A stretch of DNA of 35,327 bases, taken from sequence record DRR723986_4190; one strand, 5' to 3'. Below, piece after piece: positions 17,587 to 26,941 of the stretch (its first letter is position 1; each line of letters starts with the position of its first letter). The position numbers were made by a program, and so were the translations under genes. A model generated the notes under the pieces. The model saw only the letters and a list, made by a program, of their open reading frames with translations, was not told the origin of the DNA and made no database searches.

Positions 17587-17619
17587 TTCTGACCATTGAC
17601 TTCTGTGCGGGTGGCCCCC

Positions 17620-18777
17620 ATGAAACTGGAACGTTGGCAAGTCATTGCCGCAGGTATGTGTTCACTCGTCCTGACCGTGGGTTTGGCCCGCTTTTCTTAC
17701 ACCCCCTTGCTGCCCATCATGCGCGAGCAGGCTGGCTTAAGCGCCTTTGATGGTGGCTGGCTGGCCACGGTCAATTACATCGGCTACATCAGCGGTGCCT
17801 TGCTGGCGTCCACACTGAGCAACCTGAATTACAAATACTTGCTGTACCGTTTTGGCCTGATTGTGGCGGTATTCAGCACCATCGGCATGGGACTGACCAC
17901 CGACACGAACCTGTGGGTCTTTCTGCGCTTTATTTCGGGTGTGTCCAGCACGGCAGGTATGTTGATTGCTTCAGGCTTGATCATGAACTGGCTGGCCCGC
18001 CAAAACCTGAAAACCGAACTGGGCTTGCATTTCGCCGGCGCGGGCATGGGCCTGGTGTTGTCTGGCCTTGCGGTCATGACCATGGTCGACCACCTGGCCT
18101 GGGACCAACAATGGTGGGTGCTGGGGGTGGTGGGAATTCTTTTCTTCGTACCAGCCTGGATATGGATGCCAAAGCCCGCCAAAGCAGGCAGCACTGAAGC
18201 ACAGGTGGCTGATGTACCACCGCCCAGTGCGAAATGGATGCGATTGATGCTGGGCGCCTACTTCTGTGCCGGTTTTGGCTATGTGATCAGCGCCACCTTT
18301 ATTGTGGCCATTGCTGAAACCTTGCCCGAACTTCAGGGCAAAGGCCCCTGGGTGTGGGTGGTGGTTGGTTTGGCTGCAATTCCCTCCTCGTTCATATGGG
18401 ACCGCGTGGCGCGCGTCACCGGCGTGTTTGAAGCCCTTGTATTGGCTTACCTGCTGCAAATCATCTCGATTGTGATGGCAGCCCTGATCGACGGATACTG
18501 GGCCAACATGGTCAGCGCTGTGCTGTTTGGGGGTACATTCGCCGGCATTGTGAACCTGACCTTGAGCATTGCAGGCAGGCAATTCCCCGCCAACCCCAGC
18601 AAGGCCATGGCACGCATGACACTCAGTTATGGCGTGTCGCAAATTGCGGCGCCCGCCTTGGCCGGTTTGATCGCTGAACGCACGGGCACCTATCGCGGCT
18701 CGCTGTACCTGGCGGCGGCCTTGATGGTGGCTGGCATGTTCATGGTGTGGCAACTGAAAAAGCAAACCGAGGCTTGA
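17620..18777 (+). CDS. MFS transporter, YbfB/YjiJ family
   Basis: GLARFSYTPLLP.M and GWLATVNYIGY..GA signature; 12-TM pattern. Confidence 0.9.
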   Translation: MKLERWQVIAAGMCSLVLTVGLARFSYTPLLPIMREQAGLSAFDGGWLATVNYIGYISGALLASTLSNLNYKYLLYRFGLIVAVFSTIGMGLTTDTNLWVFLRFISGVSSTAGMLIASGLIMNWLARQNLKTELGLHFAGAGMGLVLSGLAVMTMVDHLAWDQQWWVLGVVGILFFVPAWIWMPKPAKAGSTEAQVADVPPPSAKWMRLMLGAYFCAGFGYVISATFIVAIAETLPELQGKGPWVWVVVGLAAIPSSFIWDRVARVTGVFEALVLAYLLQIISIVMAALIDGYWANMVSAVLFGGTFAGIVNLTLSIAGRQFPANPSKAMARMTLSYGVSQIAAPALAGLIAERTGTYRGSLYLAAALMVAGMFMVWQLKKQTEA

Positions 18778-18780
18778 ACC

Positions 18781-20223
18781 ATGGACAGCTCCTCTTGCAA
18801 ATACGAAACACTGGCGTTGAACCTGCAGGCCTTGATTGAGAACAATCACTTTGCAGCGGGGTACAAACTGCCGTCGATCCGGAAGCTCTCAGAGCAATGG
18901 CATTACTCCATCGACACAGTACAAAAAGCATTGAACCTGCTGGAAGACCGGGGCTATGTGCAACCTGTGGCCAAGTCAGGTTATTACGTGCAAGCCCGCA
19001 CCCTGCCCAGTGCTGCGGCCTGTACGCAGGCGCCTGATTCAATCGTGCTGGAGCCACCGGTGAACCTGGAGGTGGCCAATCAAATCGCCATGCTGCTCAG
19101 AAGCTCCACCCGCGAAGGTGTGGCACCACTGGGCGTTGCATTCCCAGCCCATGAATTGCTGCCAATTGCCACCTTGCGTAGAAGCTACGCCACTGTGAAC
19201 CGTACCCGCCCTGACCTGCTCACCTTGGGTAGCCACGTTGAACCCAATCAACCTGAACTGGTGCAGCAACTGCAACAGCGCTTTGAGTTGATGGGCATGA
19301 AATTGAAACGCGATGAGTTGGTGATCACCGATGGGTGTACTGAAGCGCTCAGCCTCGCCTTGCAAAGCGTGGCCAAACACAACGACATTGTGGCAGTTGA
19401 GTCGCCCGGTTATTACTTGCTGCTGCAAATGATTGAATCACTGGGCTTGCGCGCACTGGAAATTCCGAGCAGTCCGGAAAATGGCATGTCGCTTGAAGCA
19501 CTGGAAATTGCAGTGAAGCAAACCCGAATCGCGGCCTGTATTGTGTGCCCCACGGCCAGCAACCCCATGGGTTCTGTCATGCCCGATGCCAACCGAAAAA
19601 AACTGCTGGAGTTGGCCGAGAAATATGATTTTCCGATTGTGGAAGACAATGTGTATGCCGACCTGTACTTCGAGCGTTTTAGACCACGGCCATTGAAAGC
19701 CGGCAAGCAAAGCGACCGGGTTCTCATGTGTGGTTCATTTTCGAAATCACTGAGCCCGTCGCTGCGAATCGGCTATGTGGCAGGCGGCAAGTACGCCGCA
19801 CAGGTGTTGTCGAAAAAGCGAATTTTAAGTGGCTCCACCAACCCGATCACACAGGTGGCTGTTGCGCATTATCTGGAGAAAGGATCTTTTGAGCGGCACT
19901 TGCGCACCCTGCGCCAGCAGTTTGAAACGCAGGTGCGAGCCATGGGCAGTTTGGTACTGAAACATTTTCCGCAGGGCACCCGAATTTCAGAACCCAAAGG
20001 TGGTTTCGTGTTATGGGTTGAACTGCCAGGCGATGTCGACACCGCAGCCTTGTTCAACAAGGCGATTGCCCGAAAAGTGGCCTACATGCCAGGCAGCGTA
20101 TTCTCTGCCAGCGGCCTGTACAAAAACTGTTTACGGCTGAACTGTGGCCACCCGGTGACAGACGACACCGCAGTGGCCATTGCAAAGTTGGGAGCCCTCT
20201 TTGACGCCTCACTCGTCGCCTAA
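18781..20223 (+). CDS. MocR/GabR (GntR wHTH plus PLP aminotransferase-like domain) regulator
   Basis: KLPSIRKLS...KSGYYV wHTH; VESPGY, SNPMG, EDNVY and SFSKSLSPSLRIG (PLP Lys). Confidence 0.93.
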   Translation: MDSSSCKYETLALNLQALIENNHFAAGYKLPSIRKLSEQWHYSIDTVQKALNLLEDRGYVQPVAKSGYYVQARTLPSAAACTQAPDSIVLEPPVNLEVANQIAMLLRSSTREGVAPLGVAFPAHELLPIATLRRSYATVNRTRPDLLTLGSHVEPNQPELVQQLQQRFELMGMKLKRDELVITDGCTEALSLALQSVAKHNDIVAVESPGYYLLLQMIESLGLRALEIPSSPENGMSLEALEIAVKQTRIAACIVCPTASNPMGSVMPDANRKKLLELAEKYDFPIVEDNVYADLYFERFRPRPLKAGKQSDRVLMCGSFSKSLSPSLRIGYVAGGKYAAQVLSKKRILSGSTNPITQVAVAHYLEKGSFERHLRTLRQQFETQVRAMGSLVLKHFPQGTRISEPKGGFVLWVELPGDVDTAALFNKAIARKVAYMPGSVFSASGLYKNCLRLNCGHPVTDDTAVAIAKLGALFDASLVA

Positions 20224-21768
20224 CCACACCACTTTGTACAAGTCGCGGCGACGATCGAGGTAATTGCGAACCGAACCTTCGTTTTTCAGAATTTGAAGCT
20301 TGTCCAGGTCCACATCCACAATCAGGGTCATCTCGGTGTTGGGTGTGGTTTCCGCCATGATGGCGTCGTGTGGAAATGCGAAATCAGAGGGTGAGAACAC
20401 CGCAGTTTGCCCGTACTGAATGTCGACATTGTCCACCTTGGGCAAATTACCGAAACTGCCTGAAATGGCCACGTAGCACTCGTTTTCAATGGCACGGGCC
20501 TGCGCACAACGGCGCACGCGCAGGTATCCGTTTTTGGTGTCGGTCCAGAAAGGCACCAACAAAATTTGCATGTCTTTGTCGGCCAGCAAGCGCGACAACT
20601 CAGGAAACTCGGAGTCGTAACAAATCAGGATTCCGATCTTGCCAAAGTCGGTGTCAAACACACTCAGCTTGCTGCCACCCTCCATCATCCACTCACGTTT
20701 TTCATGCGGTGTGGGGTGAATTTTGTATTGCGCCTCCACAGTGCCATCTCGGCGGCACAAATAGGCCACGTTGTACAAGGCACCATCTTCCATCACCGGC
20801 ATGGAACCGGCCACCACATTGATGTTGTAGCTCACCGCCATGCGACTCATCTCGTCGCGAATTTGATCGGTGTAAGTGGCGAGGTGACGAATCGCCTCCA
20901 AGGAATTGCCATTGCCCGCCAAACCCATCAGGGGTGCATTGAAAAATTCGGGGAACAGGGCGACATCACAACGGTAATCTGAAAGCGCGTTGATGAAGTA
21001 CTCGGCCTGTTTCACCACGTCTTCCACGCTGTGGAATTCACGCATTTGCCACTGCACACAACCCAGGCGCGCGGTGGTTTTGGGTGCGCCAAACAGCATG
21101 GGCTTTTCGGGTTCATAGTAGATGTTGAACCACTCCAGCAAGGTGGCATAGCCCTGCGATTCCTTGTCTTCCGGTAAATAGCCTTTCAGCACCTGCTTCA
21201 CTTCAAAGTCGTTGCTGAGCTGAAAAGTAAGAATCGGGTCGTAAATGTCTTTGCGTTTCACTGCGGCAATGTACTGCTGCGGCGACATGTCTTTCATGTG
21301 CGCTTTGTAACCGGGAATTCGCCCGCCCGCCATGATGGCGCGAAGGTTGAGGTTTTGGCACAATTCCTTGCGCGCCTCGTACAGGCGGCGACCCAAACGC
21401 ATGTTGCGGTATTCAGGATCCGCAAACACATCAATGCCGTATAACACGTCACCCTTGGGGTCATGCGTGGTGGCGTAAATGTTGCCGGTGATCTCCATGT
21501 AAGTGTGTTTGTCGCCAAACTTGTCATAGTCGACCACCACTGCAAAGGCCGCGGCAATCACCTTGCCATCGTCTTCAATGCAAATTTGCCCTTCCGGAAA
21601 TGTTTTTAAAATTGAACGGAATTTGGCTTCTGGCAAAGCACCGCCAGCGCTGTGGTAGACCACCTCCATAATTCGCTTGATATCGGGATAATCAGAGGCC
21701 TGTAAATTGCGCAAGCTCAACTTGTGTTCGGTGTGTTCATACTCGGTATTTTCTATTTCTGTCGACAT
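20209..21768 (-). CDS. GNAT acetyltransferase / carbon-nitrogen hydrolase fusion
   Basis: N-terminal FPEGQ...LYGIDV..DPEYRNMRLGRRLY (acetyl-CoA motif A); C-terminal nitrilase triad FPE, YKIH and ICYD; GGAG RBS before ATG 21768. Confidence 0.9.
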   Translation of the reverse strand: MSTEIENTEYEHTEHKLSLRNLQASDYPDIKRIMEVVYHSAGGALPEAKFRSILKTFPEGQICIEDDGKVIAAAFAVVVDYDKFGDKHTYMEITGNIYATTHDPKGDVLYGIDVFADPEYRNMRLGRRLYEARKELCQNLNLRAIMAGGRIPGYKAHMKDMSPQQYIAAVKRKDIYDPILTFQLSNDFEVKQVLKGYLPEDKESQGYATLLEWFNIYYEPEKPMLFGAPKTTARLGCVQWQMREFHSVEDVVKQAEYFINALSDYRCDVALFPEFFNAPLMGLAGNGNSLEAIRHLATYTDQIRDEMSRMAVSYNINVVAGSMPVMEDGALYNVAYLCRRDGTVEAQYKIHPTPHEKREWMMEGGSKLSVFDTDFGKIGILICYDSEFPELSRLLADKDMQILLVPFWTDTKNGYLRVRRCAQARAIENECYVAISGSFGNLPKVDNVDIQYGQTAVFSPSDFAFPHDAIMAETTPNTEMTLIVDVDLDKLQILKNEGSVRNYLDRRRDLYKVVWLGDE

Positions 21769-21936
21769 GGTCACCGCTCCATTCGTTTACTTTTTGAACC
21801 TCCCTATTAGAACATATTTAGAAAATTGATGAATTTTTGATCAGTCCGGGCTCAATAAATCGGGTTTTACTGAATGGCGAGTTAAAAAATAATTCAAGAC
21901 AATTAAACATCGATTTACGACGAATAATTTCTGAAG

Positions 21937-23529
21937 ATGATTCATACCAAACGCGCACTGGGAGGCGTGTTCGTTGCGCCCCACCATTTGGCTGCACAGG
22001 CTGGCCGGGATGTGTTGAAAGAAGGCGGCAACGCCGCGGAGGCCATGATCGCTGCTGCAGCGACAATTGCAGTGGTGTACCCGCACATGAACTCGATTGG
22101 TGGTGACGGTTTCTGGCTGCTCAGCGAACCTGGCAAAGCCCCCTTGGGAATTGATGCCTGCGGCAAGGCGGCAACAAAAGCCACGCGGGCTTTTTACACG
22201 GATCAAGGGTTCGACAGCATTCCCAACCGCGGGCCATTGGCTGCGCTCACTGCAGCGGGAACGGTCGGTGGCTGGATCAAAGCCCGGGAGGTGGCCACAC
22301 AATGGGGCGGCAAATTGCCTTTGAACCGCCTGCTCAGCGACGCCGTCATCCACGCGCGAAATGGTGTGGCTGTGAGCAGCAGTCAGGAACGTTTAACCCG
22401 CGTGAAGTTCGATGAGCTGTCCACTGCCCCTGGCTTTGCCGAACATTTTTTGATGGATGGTCAGGTACCGGTTGAAGGCAGCGTACTCAAGCAAACTGCT
22501 TTGGGCGACACCCTTGCACGCATGGGCCAGGTGGGGCTGGATGATTTTTATCGCGGTGAACTGGCGCAAGCCATGGCCGAGGATTTGGCCCGCGTGGGCA
22601 GCCCGATCAGCTTGGCTGATTTGAACAGTCACCAGGCGCAGTTTGTTACGCCCCTGCAAACCGAGCTGAACAACAGCACGATTTACAACATGACACCGCC
22701 CACTCAAGGCATGGCATCACTCATGATTCTGGGCATGTTCGACACGCTGGGTATCAAGCAGGCTGAAGGATTTGAATACCTGCATGGCATGGTGGAAAGT
22801 ACCAAGCAGGCCTTTCTGGTGCGCGACCGCTATTGCACCGACCCTGCCTACATGACAGTGAACCCCAGCGATTTTCTGACCCGTGAAGCATTGGCCGAAC
22901 GTGCGAAGAAAATTGACATGCAACAAGCCCTGCCTTGGCCCCAAGACCCCTGGCAGGGCGACACCATCTGGATGGGTTGCATTGACAGCGAAGGCCGCAC
23001 CGCCAGCTTTATTCAAAGCGTGTTCTGGGAATTCGGTTCGGGCGTGGTGTGCCCATCAACCGGGGTGATGTGGCAAAACCGTGGCATCAGTTTTTCATTG
23101 AAAGAGGACGCGCTGCACAGGTTGGAGCCAGGCCGCAAACCTTTCCACACTCTGAACCCGGCCATGGCGCGTTTCAAAGATGGTCGCAGCATGGTTTACG
23201 GGACCATGGGTGGCGAGGGTCAACCTCAAACTCAAGCTGCAGTGTTTAGTCGCTATGCCTTGTTCAATCGGCCTTTGCAAACAGCGGTAACGGCGCCGCG
23301 CTGGCTGTTGGGCCGCACCTGGGGCGAGCAAAGCACCACCTTGAAACTGGAAAACCGGTTTGATGACAATCTGGTTGCACAACTGCGCGACGCAGGCCAT
23401 GTACTGGAGGTACTGCCAGAAGCTTTTAGCGACACCATGGGGCATGCGGGTGCGGTGGTACGTCACCCCAACGGCATGATGGAAGGGGCGGCTGACCCAC
23501 GTTCGGATGGTTCAGTGGCCTGTGTTTAA
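21937..23529 (+). CDS. Gamma-glutamyltransferase-family Ntn hydrolase, HpxW (oxamate amidohydrolase)-like
   Basis: APHHLA, VVYPHMNSIGGDGFWL, GDTIW (autocleavage Thr), SFIQS..EFGSG, PFHTLNP, PRWLLGRTWG, MGHAGA and DPRS; closely resembles Klebsiella HpxW as recalled. Confidence 0.85.
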   Translation: MIHTKRALGGVFVAPHHLAAQAGRDVLKEGGNAAEAMIAAAATIAVVYPHMNSIGGDGFWLLSEPGKAPLGIDACGKAATKATRAFYTDQGFDSIPNRGPLAALTAAGTVGGWIKAREVATQWGGKLPLNRLLSDAVIHARNGVAVSSSQERLTRVKFDELSTAPGFAEHFLMDGQVPVEGSVLKQTALGDTLARMGQVGLDDFYRGELAQAMAEDLARVGSPISLADLNSHQAQFVTPLQTELNNSTIYNMTPPTQGMASLMILGMFDTLGIKQAEGFEYLHGMVESTKQAFLVRDRYCTDPAYMTVNPSDFLTREALAERAKKIDMQQALPWPQDPWQGDTIWMGCIDSEGRTASFIQSVFWEFGSGVVCPSTGVMWQNRGISFSLKEDALHRLEPGRKPFHTLNPAMARFKDGRSMVYGTMGGEGQPQTQAAVFSRYALFNRPLQTAVTAPRWLLGRTWGEQSTTLKLENRFDDNLVAQLRDAGHVLEVLPEAFSDTMGHAGAVVRHPNGMMEGAADPRSDGSVACV

Positions 23530-24437
23530 ACACCTTCGCTGATTCGTTTGAAATACGAAGTATGCGCAGCAGTACCCTCGGGCCAATGCCTTAAAAAATG
23601 CTGCTGCCATGCAGTTTGATCAAATTGAACACGCACCTGCTCAATCCACACGCCGTTCAACTGCGTGGATTGAAACACCAAAGCGGGGTTGTTCAAAGAC
23701 GTCATTGAAATTCGAGTGAAGAGCCCGTCCATCTGCGCGCTGGGCATTCCGGCTGCACCGTTGTTGCTGATCAATCCGGTTTGCCCATTGCGCAGTGGCT
23801 CTGGGTGAAACCCGGCACTGCAAGTGTGGCTGCTGGCAAATACGTTCACCTGTGCTTTTTCAAACAAAGCGGCACGCCACAAAGCTTCATCCGTTTGCTT
23901 CAAGTGAGCAGGGTCAAAACGCCAACCGGCCAGTGAATCGCCATCGCCGTGCACCACAGCCACCTTCAATTCATCCACGCTGTACCGTGCAAAGAAAGGT
24001 TTGGCCAACAACTTGCTCAGCAACTCGGGTTGTTGTTGTGCGCACCGCTTCAGCTCGGTATGAATGAAGTTCGACCGGTCCACCACGCCTTGATCCACAT
24101 TTTCGGGATAGGCACAGCCGCAATCAGCCACATCCAAAGGTTCGCCAAGTTCAGCTTCCACGTTGCCCAGAATGCAATCGTGATTCAACACACGCTGGTT
24201 AATGTGAACAAAGTCTTCAAGCGATTTGTTGAACCAGTTAAAGTCGCCATTGAAACAAATGCGAACATTGCCCGATTCTCTCGAGGCCAGTTTTTCAATC
24301 GAATCCAGCGCAAATGGGTTGCCATACAAACCACCGACCACATACAACACATCGCATTGTGTAGCGGGGACCTGTGCAATTTTGGCCGCACCGTACTGGT
24401 ATCGAATCGGGCAACTGCGCCCTGCCTTCTCAATCAT
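23526..24437 (-). CDS. Divergent calcineurin-like metallophosphoesterase-fold protein, Cys-rich
   Basis: Motifs in MPP order: VVGGLYGN, FNGDF, LGNVE, VVHGD, SSHTC and NNGAAG; extra GRSCP and DCGCAYP. Confidence 0.7.
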   Translation of the reverse strand: MIEKAGRSCPIRYQYGAAKIAQVPATQCDVLYVVGGLYGNPFALDSIEKLASRESGNVRICFNGDFNWFNKSLEDFVHINQRVLNHDCILGNVEAELGEPLDVADCGCAYPENVDQGVVDRSNFIHTELKRCAQQQPELLSKLLAKPFFARYSVDELKVAVVHGDGDSLAGWRFDPAHLKQTDEALWRAALFEKAQVNVFASSHTCSAGFHPEPLRNGQTGLISNNGAAGMPSAQMDGLFTRISMTSLNNPALVFQSTQLNGVWIEQVRVQFDQTAWQQHFLRHWPEGTAAHTSYFKRISEGV

Positions 24438-24440
24438 GTT

Positions 24441-25178
24441 TCACTCGTACAAATCATCAAGGTGGGCCTGCGTTAATTCATGGCTTGCACAATCAAGAAC
24501 TACCTCACCGGCTTTCAAGCCAATGACCCGTTGGCTAAGAAGGGGGACCAGGCTCACATTGTGAACCACAGTAATCAAGGTGGAATTCTCTGTGGCCTTG
24601 ACCAAGAGTTCACACACTTCATCTGCCGCTGTAGGGTCAAGCGCCGCTGTGGGCTCATCGGCCAGCACCAGTTCAGGTTGTTGCACCAGCATGCGGGCAA
24701 TCGCCACCTTCTGTCGTTCACCACCCGACAGTTTGTCGGCCCGCTTTTCTGCCAGATGGGCCATACCGACTGCTTTCAATGCAGCTTGCGCACGCTGGGT
24801 TTCTTCATTCGTGAAAATTCGCGCCCAACTGCGCAAGCGCGGCATGCGTGCCAAACCACCCACCAACACATTTTCCATGGCGCTTAAGCGCGCAACCAAA
24901 TGCAGGCCTTGCAAGACCTGCCCCACCTCGGCTCGCACAGGGCGCAAATCACGCTCACGACGAAGCGGAAACACGGTGTGGCGGTTGACCACGATGTGCC
25001 CGGCAGTGGGTTTGACAAAGCCGTTCAAACAACGCAACAGGGTCGATTTGCCTGCACCGTTGCGCCCAAGAATGGCCACCTTTTCGCCACGTGCAATGTG
25101 AAGCGAATCCACTTTCAGAATGCGTCGCCCGGCAATCACCATTTCCAGGTTTTGAATGTCGATCATGGGGGTGCTCAT
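24441..25178 (-). CDS. Phosphonate/phosphite-family ABC transporter ATPase (PhnC/PtxA/HtxD-like)
   Basis: GRNGAGKST, LSGGERQKVAIAR and LADEP; ENVL.G.L PhnC-type segment; ATG 25178 overlaps the permease stop. Confidence 0.9.
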   Translation of the reverse strand: MSTPMIDIQNLEMVIAGRRILKVDSLHIARGEKVAILGRNGAGKSTLLRCLNGFVKPTAGHIVVNRHTVFPLRRERDLRPVRAEVGQVLQGLHLVARLSAMENVLVGGLARMPRLRSWARIFTNEETQRAQAALKAVGMAHLAEKRADKLSGGERQKVAIARMLVQQPELVLADEPTAALDPTAADEVCELLVKATENSTLITVVHNVSLVPLLSQRVIGLKAGEVVLDCASHELTQAHLDDLYE

Positions 25179-26056
25179 AGCAAGGCCGTCCGGATTCTGC
25201 GACTGATGGCATCGAAGGCGGTCACCATCAACACCACCATAATCAAAATGCTGGACAAGCGCCCCCATTGAAACAGGGACACCGCCTCAGAAATCAGCAG
25301 GCCCAAACCACCCGCACCAATAATTCCGAGAATGGTAGAGTCGCGAATGTTGTACTCCCACAAGTACAAGTGACTGCTGACCCATTGTGGCAACACGCTA
25401 GGCCACACCGACCAGAAGAAAGTTTGCGAAGGACTGGCACCTACGCCCCGGACTGCTTCGATCGAGGCCATGTCCAGTGTTTCAATGGATTCGGCAAACA
25501 ACTTGCCATACGTGCCCAGGCTGTGAAATGCGATGGCCAGAATACCTGCTGTGGGACCAAGCCCCACAATGCCCACCAGCACCAAACCAAACACCAGAGT
25601 GTGAATGGAGCGTGAGGTGTCCAGCACCAAACGCGAGAATGCTGTGACCACACGAGGCGCCTTGATATTCCGGGCGCTAAGTACTCCAAAAGGCAATGCC
25701 AGAATGGCCCCCAACAAAGACCCCAGAGTGGCGATTTTGAAGGTGGTCCAGGTGGCAAAACCCAATTGCACCAACCACTGTTTTTCGACTTCCTGTCGAT
25801 TCTCAGTGCGCAGCACGGTGCCATCGTCGCTTTTGTATTCGTATGCGGGGTCGCCCAACCACACGTCGACAAAACTGGGGCGTGCGAACTCCGTGGCTGT
25901 TTTAATGAAATTGGCCACCGGGTTGCGGCCCATGGACAAATCACCGGCCGTGGCCAGACTGTAAATACAGGCCAACACAATGAGCGCATACAAAAAAACC
26001 AGCCCGAAAAACCCGAGCCGGCCTCGCAAGTGAAGCTTGAACTGCATCCAATTCAT
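25175..26056 (-). CDS. Phosphonate/phosphite-family ABC permease (PhnE/PtxC-like)
   Basis: GLGPTAGILAI, GKLFAESIE and EYNIRDSTILGIIGAGGLG motifs. Confidence 0.92.
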   Translation of the reverse strand: MNWMQFKLHLRGRLGFFGLVFLYALIVLACIYSLATAGDLSMGRNPVANFIKTATEFARPSFVDVWLGDPAYEYKSDDGTVLRTENRQEVEKQWLVQLGFATWTTFKIATLGSLLGAILALPFGVLSARNIKAPRVVTAFSRLVLDTSRSIHTLVFGLVLVGIVGLGPTAGILAIAFHSLGTYGKLFAESIETLDMASIEAVRGVGASPSQTFFWSVWPSVLPQWVSSHLYLWEYNIRDSTILGIIGAGGLGLLISEAVSLFQWGRLSSILIMVVLMVTAFDAISRRIRTALL

Positions 26057-26074
26057 GATGTGGCGGTCAATTCC

Positions 26075-26941
26075 TTACTTGGGTTGCAAGCGGCCGGTGG
26101 CCAGGCCTGCATCACGAATGGGTTTGTAGTAGCTGTTGTCTTTCTTGGCAAACCCGGTGTAGCGCGGTGGCAGCAGGTTGGGCTGGTTTTTCAGTTCCGC
26201 GCCAATGCCCAGCAGGGCCTCCTGCAATTTGGCCACAAAGGCTTTGTCTTCAAACAATTTTGCACTGACCGCAAATGCATCGTTGGGCAAAGGGTCCGAA
26301 GTCCAGATGATTTTGGAATCTTCTGCCTTGATCAAACCATCGGCAATCATGGCGTCGCGGTTGCGGTTGTAATCTGCGCCCGCATCAATTGCACCTTGGG
26401 TCACCTGGGTTTGAATGGCCTGATGGCTGGTGTTGATTACTTTCGAGAAATACGTGTCGGGGTTAATGCCCTGCTTCTGAAAATAATGGAAGGGAATGAG
26501 ATAGCCAGACGTTGAACCTTTGTCGCCAAATGCAAAGGTTTTGCCTTTCAAATCGGCCATGCTTTTAATGCCGCTTTTCGGGTTGGTCACCATGATGCCA
26601 AAGTATTCCGGTTTACCTTCATATTCAATGGTGGCCACCGCTTGGGCTTTGGCTTCATTGTTGGCCAACACATAACCCCAAGGGCCCATCAGGGCAATGT
26701 CGGTCTCTCCATTGGCCAGCGATTTTGCCAACCCTTCCCAGGTGCTCACCGTGCGCAGCTTGACGGGTTTGCCCAGTTTCTTTTCAAGGTATTGGGCCAA
26801 AGGGGTATAGGTGGCGTCGTTTTTGTCTTTGTCAGGCTGGTACAAGCCCACACCAAACTGAATCACTTCTTGGGCAACAACTGGAGTAGAAACCAGGGCA
26901 AAACTGAAAGCACCGATCAGGGCTTTGGTCAACAAACGCAT
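26075..26941 (-). CDS. Phosphate/phosphite/phosphonate ABC substrate-binding protein, HtxB-like clade
   Basis: Signal peptide; STW, GPWGYVL, GDKGSTSGYLIP, SHQ, DYNRNR and LPNDA motifs. Confidence 0.88.
   Translation of the reverse strand: MRLLTKALIGAFSFALVSTPVVAQEVIQFGVGLYQPDKDKNDATYTPLAQYLEKKLGKPVKLRTVSTWEGLAKSLANGETDIALMGPWGYVLANNEAKAQAVATIEYEGKPEYFGIMVTNPKSGIKSMADLKGKTFAFGDKGSTSGYLIPFHYFQKQGINPDTYFSKVINTSHQAIQTQVTQGAIDAGADYNRNRDAMIADGLIKAEDSKIIWTSDPLPNDAFAVSAKLFEDKAFVAKLQEALLGIGAELKNQPNLLPPRYTGFAKKDNSYYKPIRDAGLATGRLQPK

Noticed and set aside
25179-25268. 30-aa N-terminal extension of the ABC ATPase in the ORF track
   Set aside because: It overlaps the permease gene; ATG 25178 gives the typical ATGA coupling.
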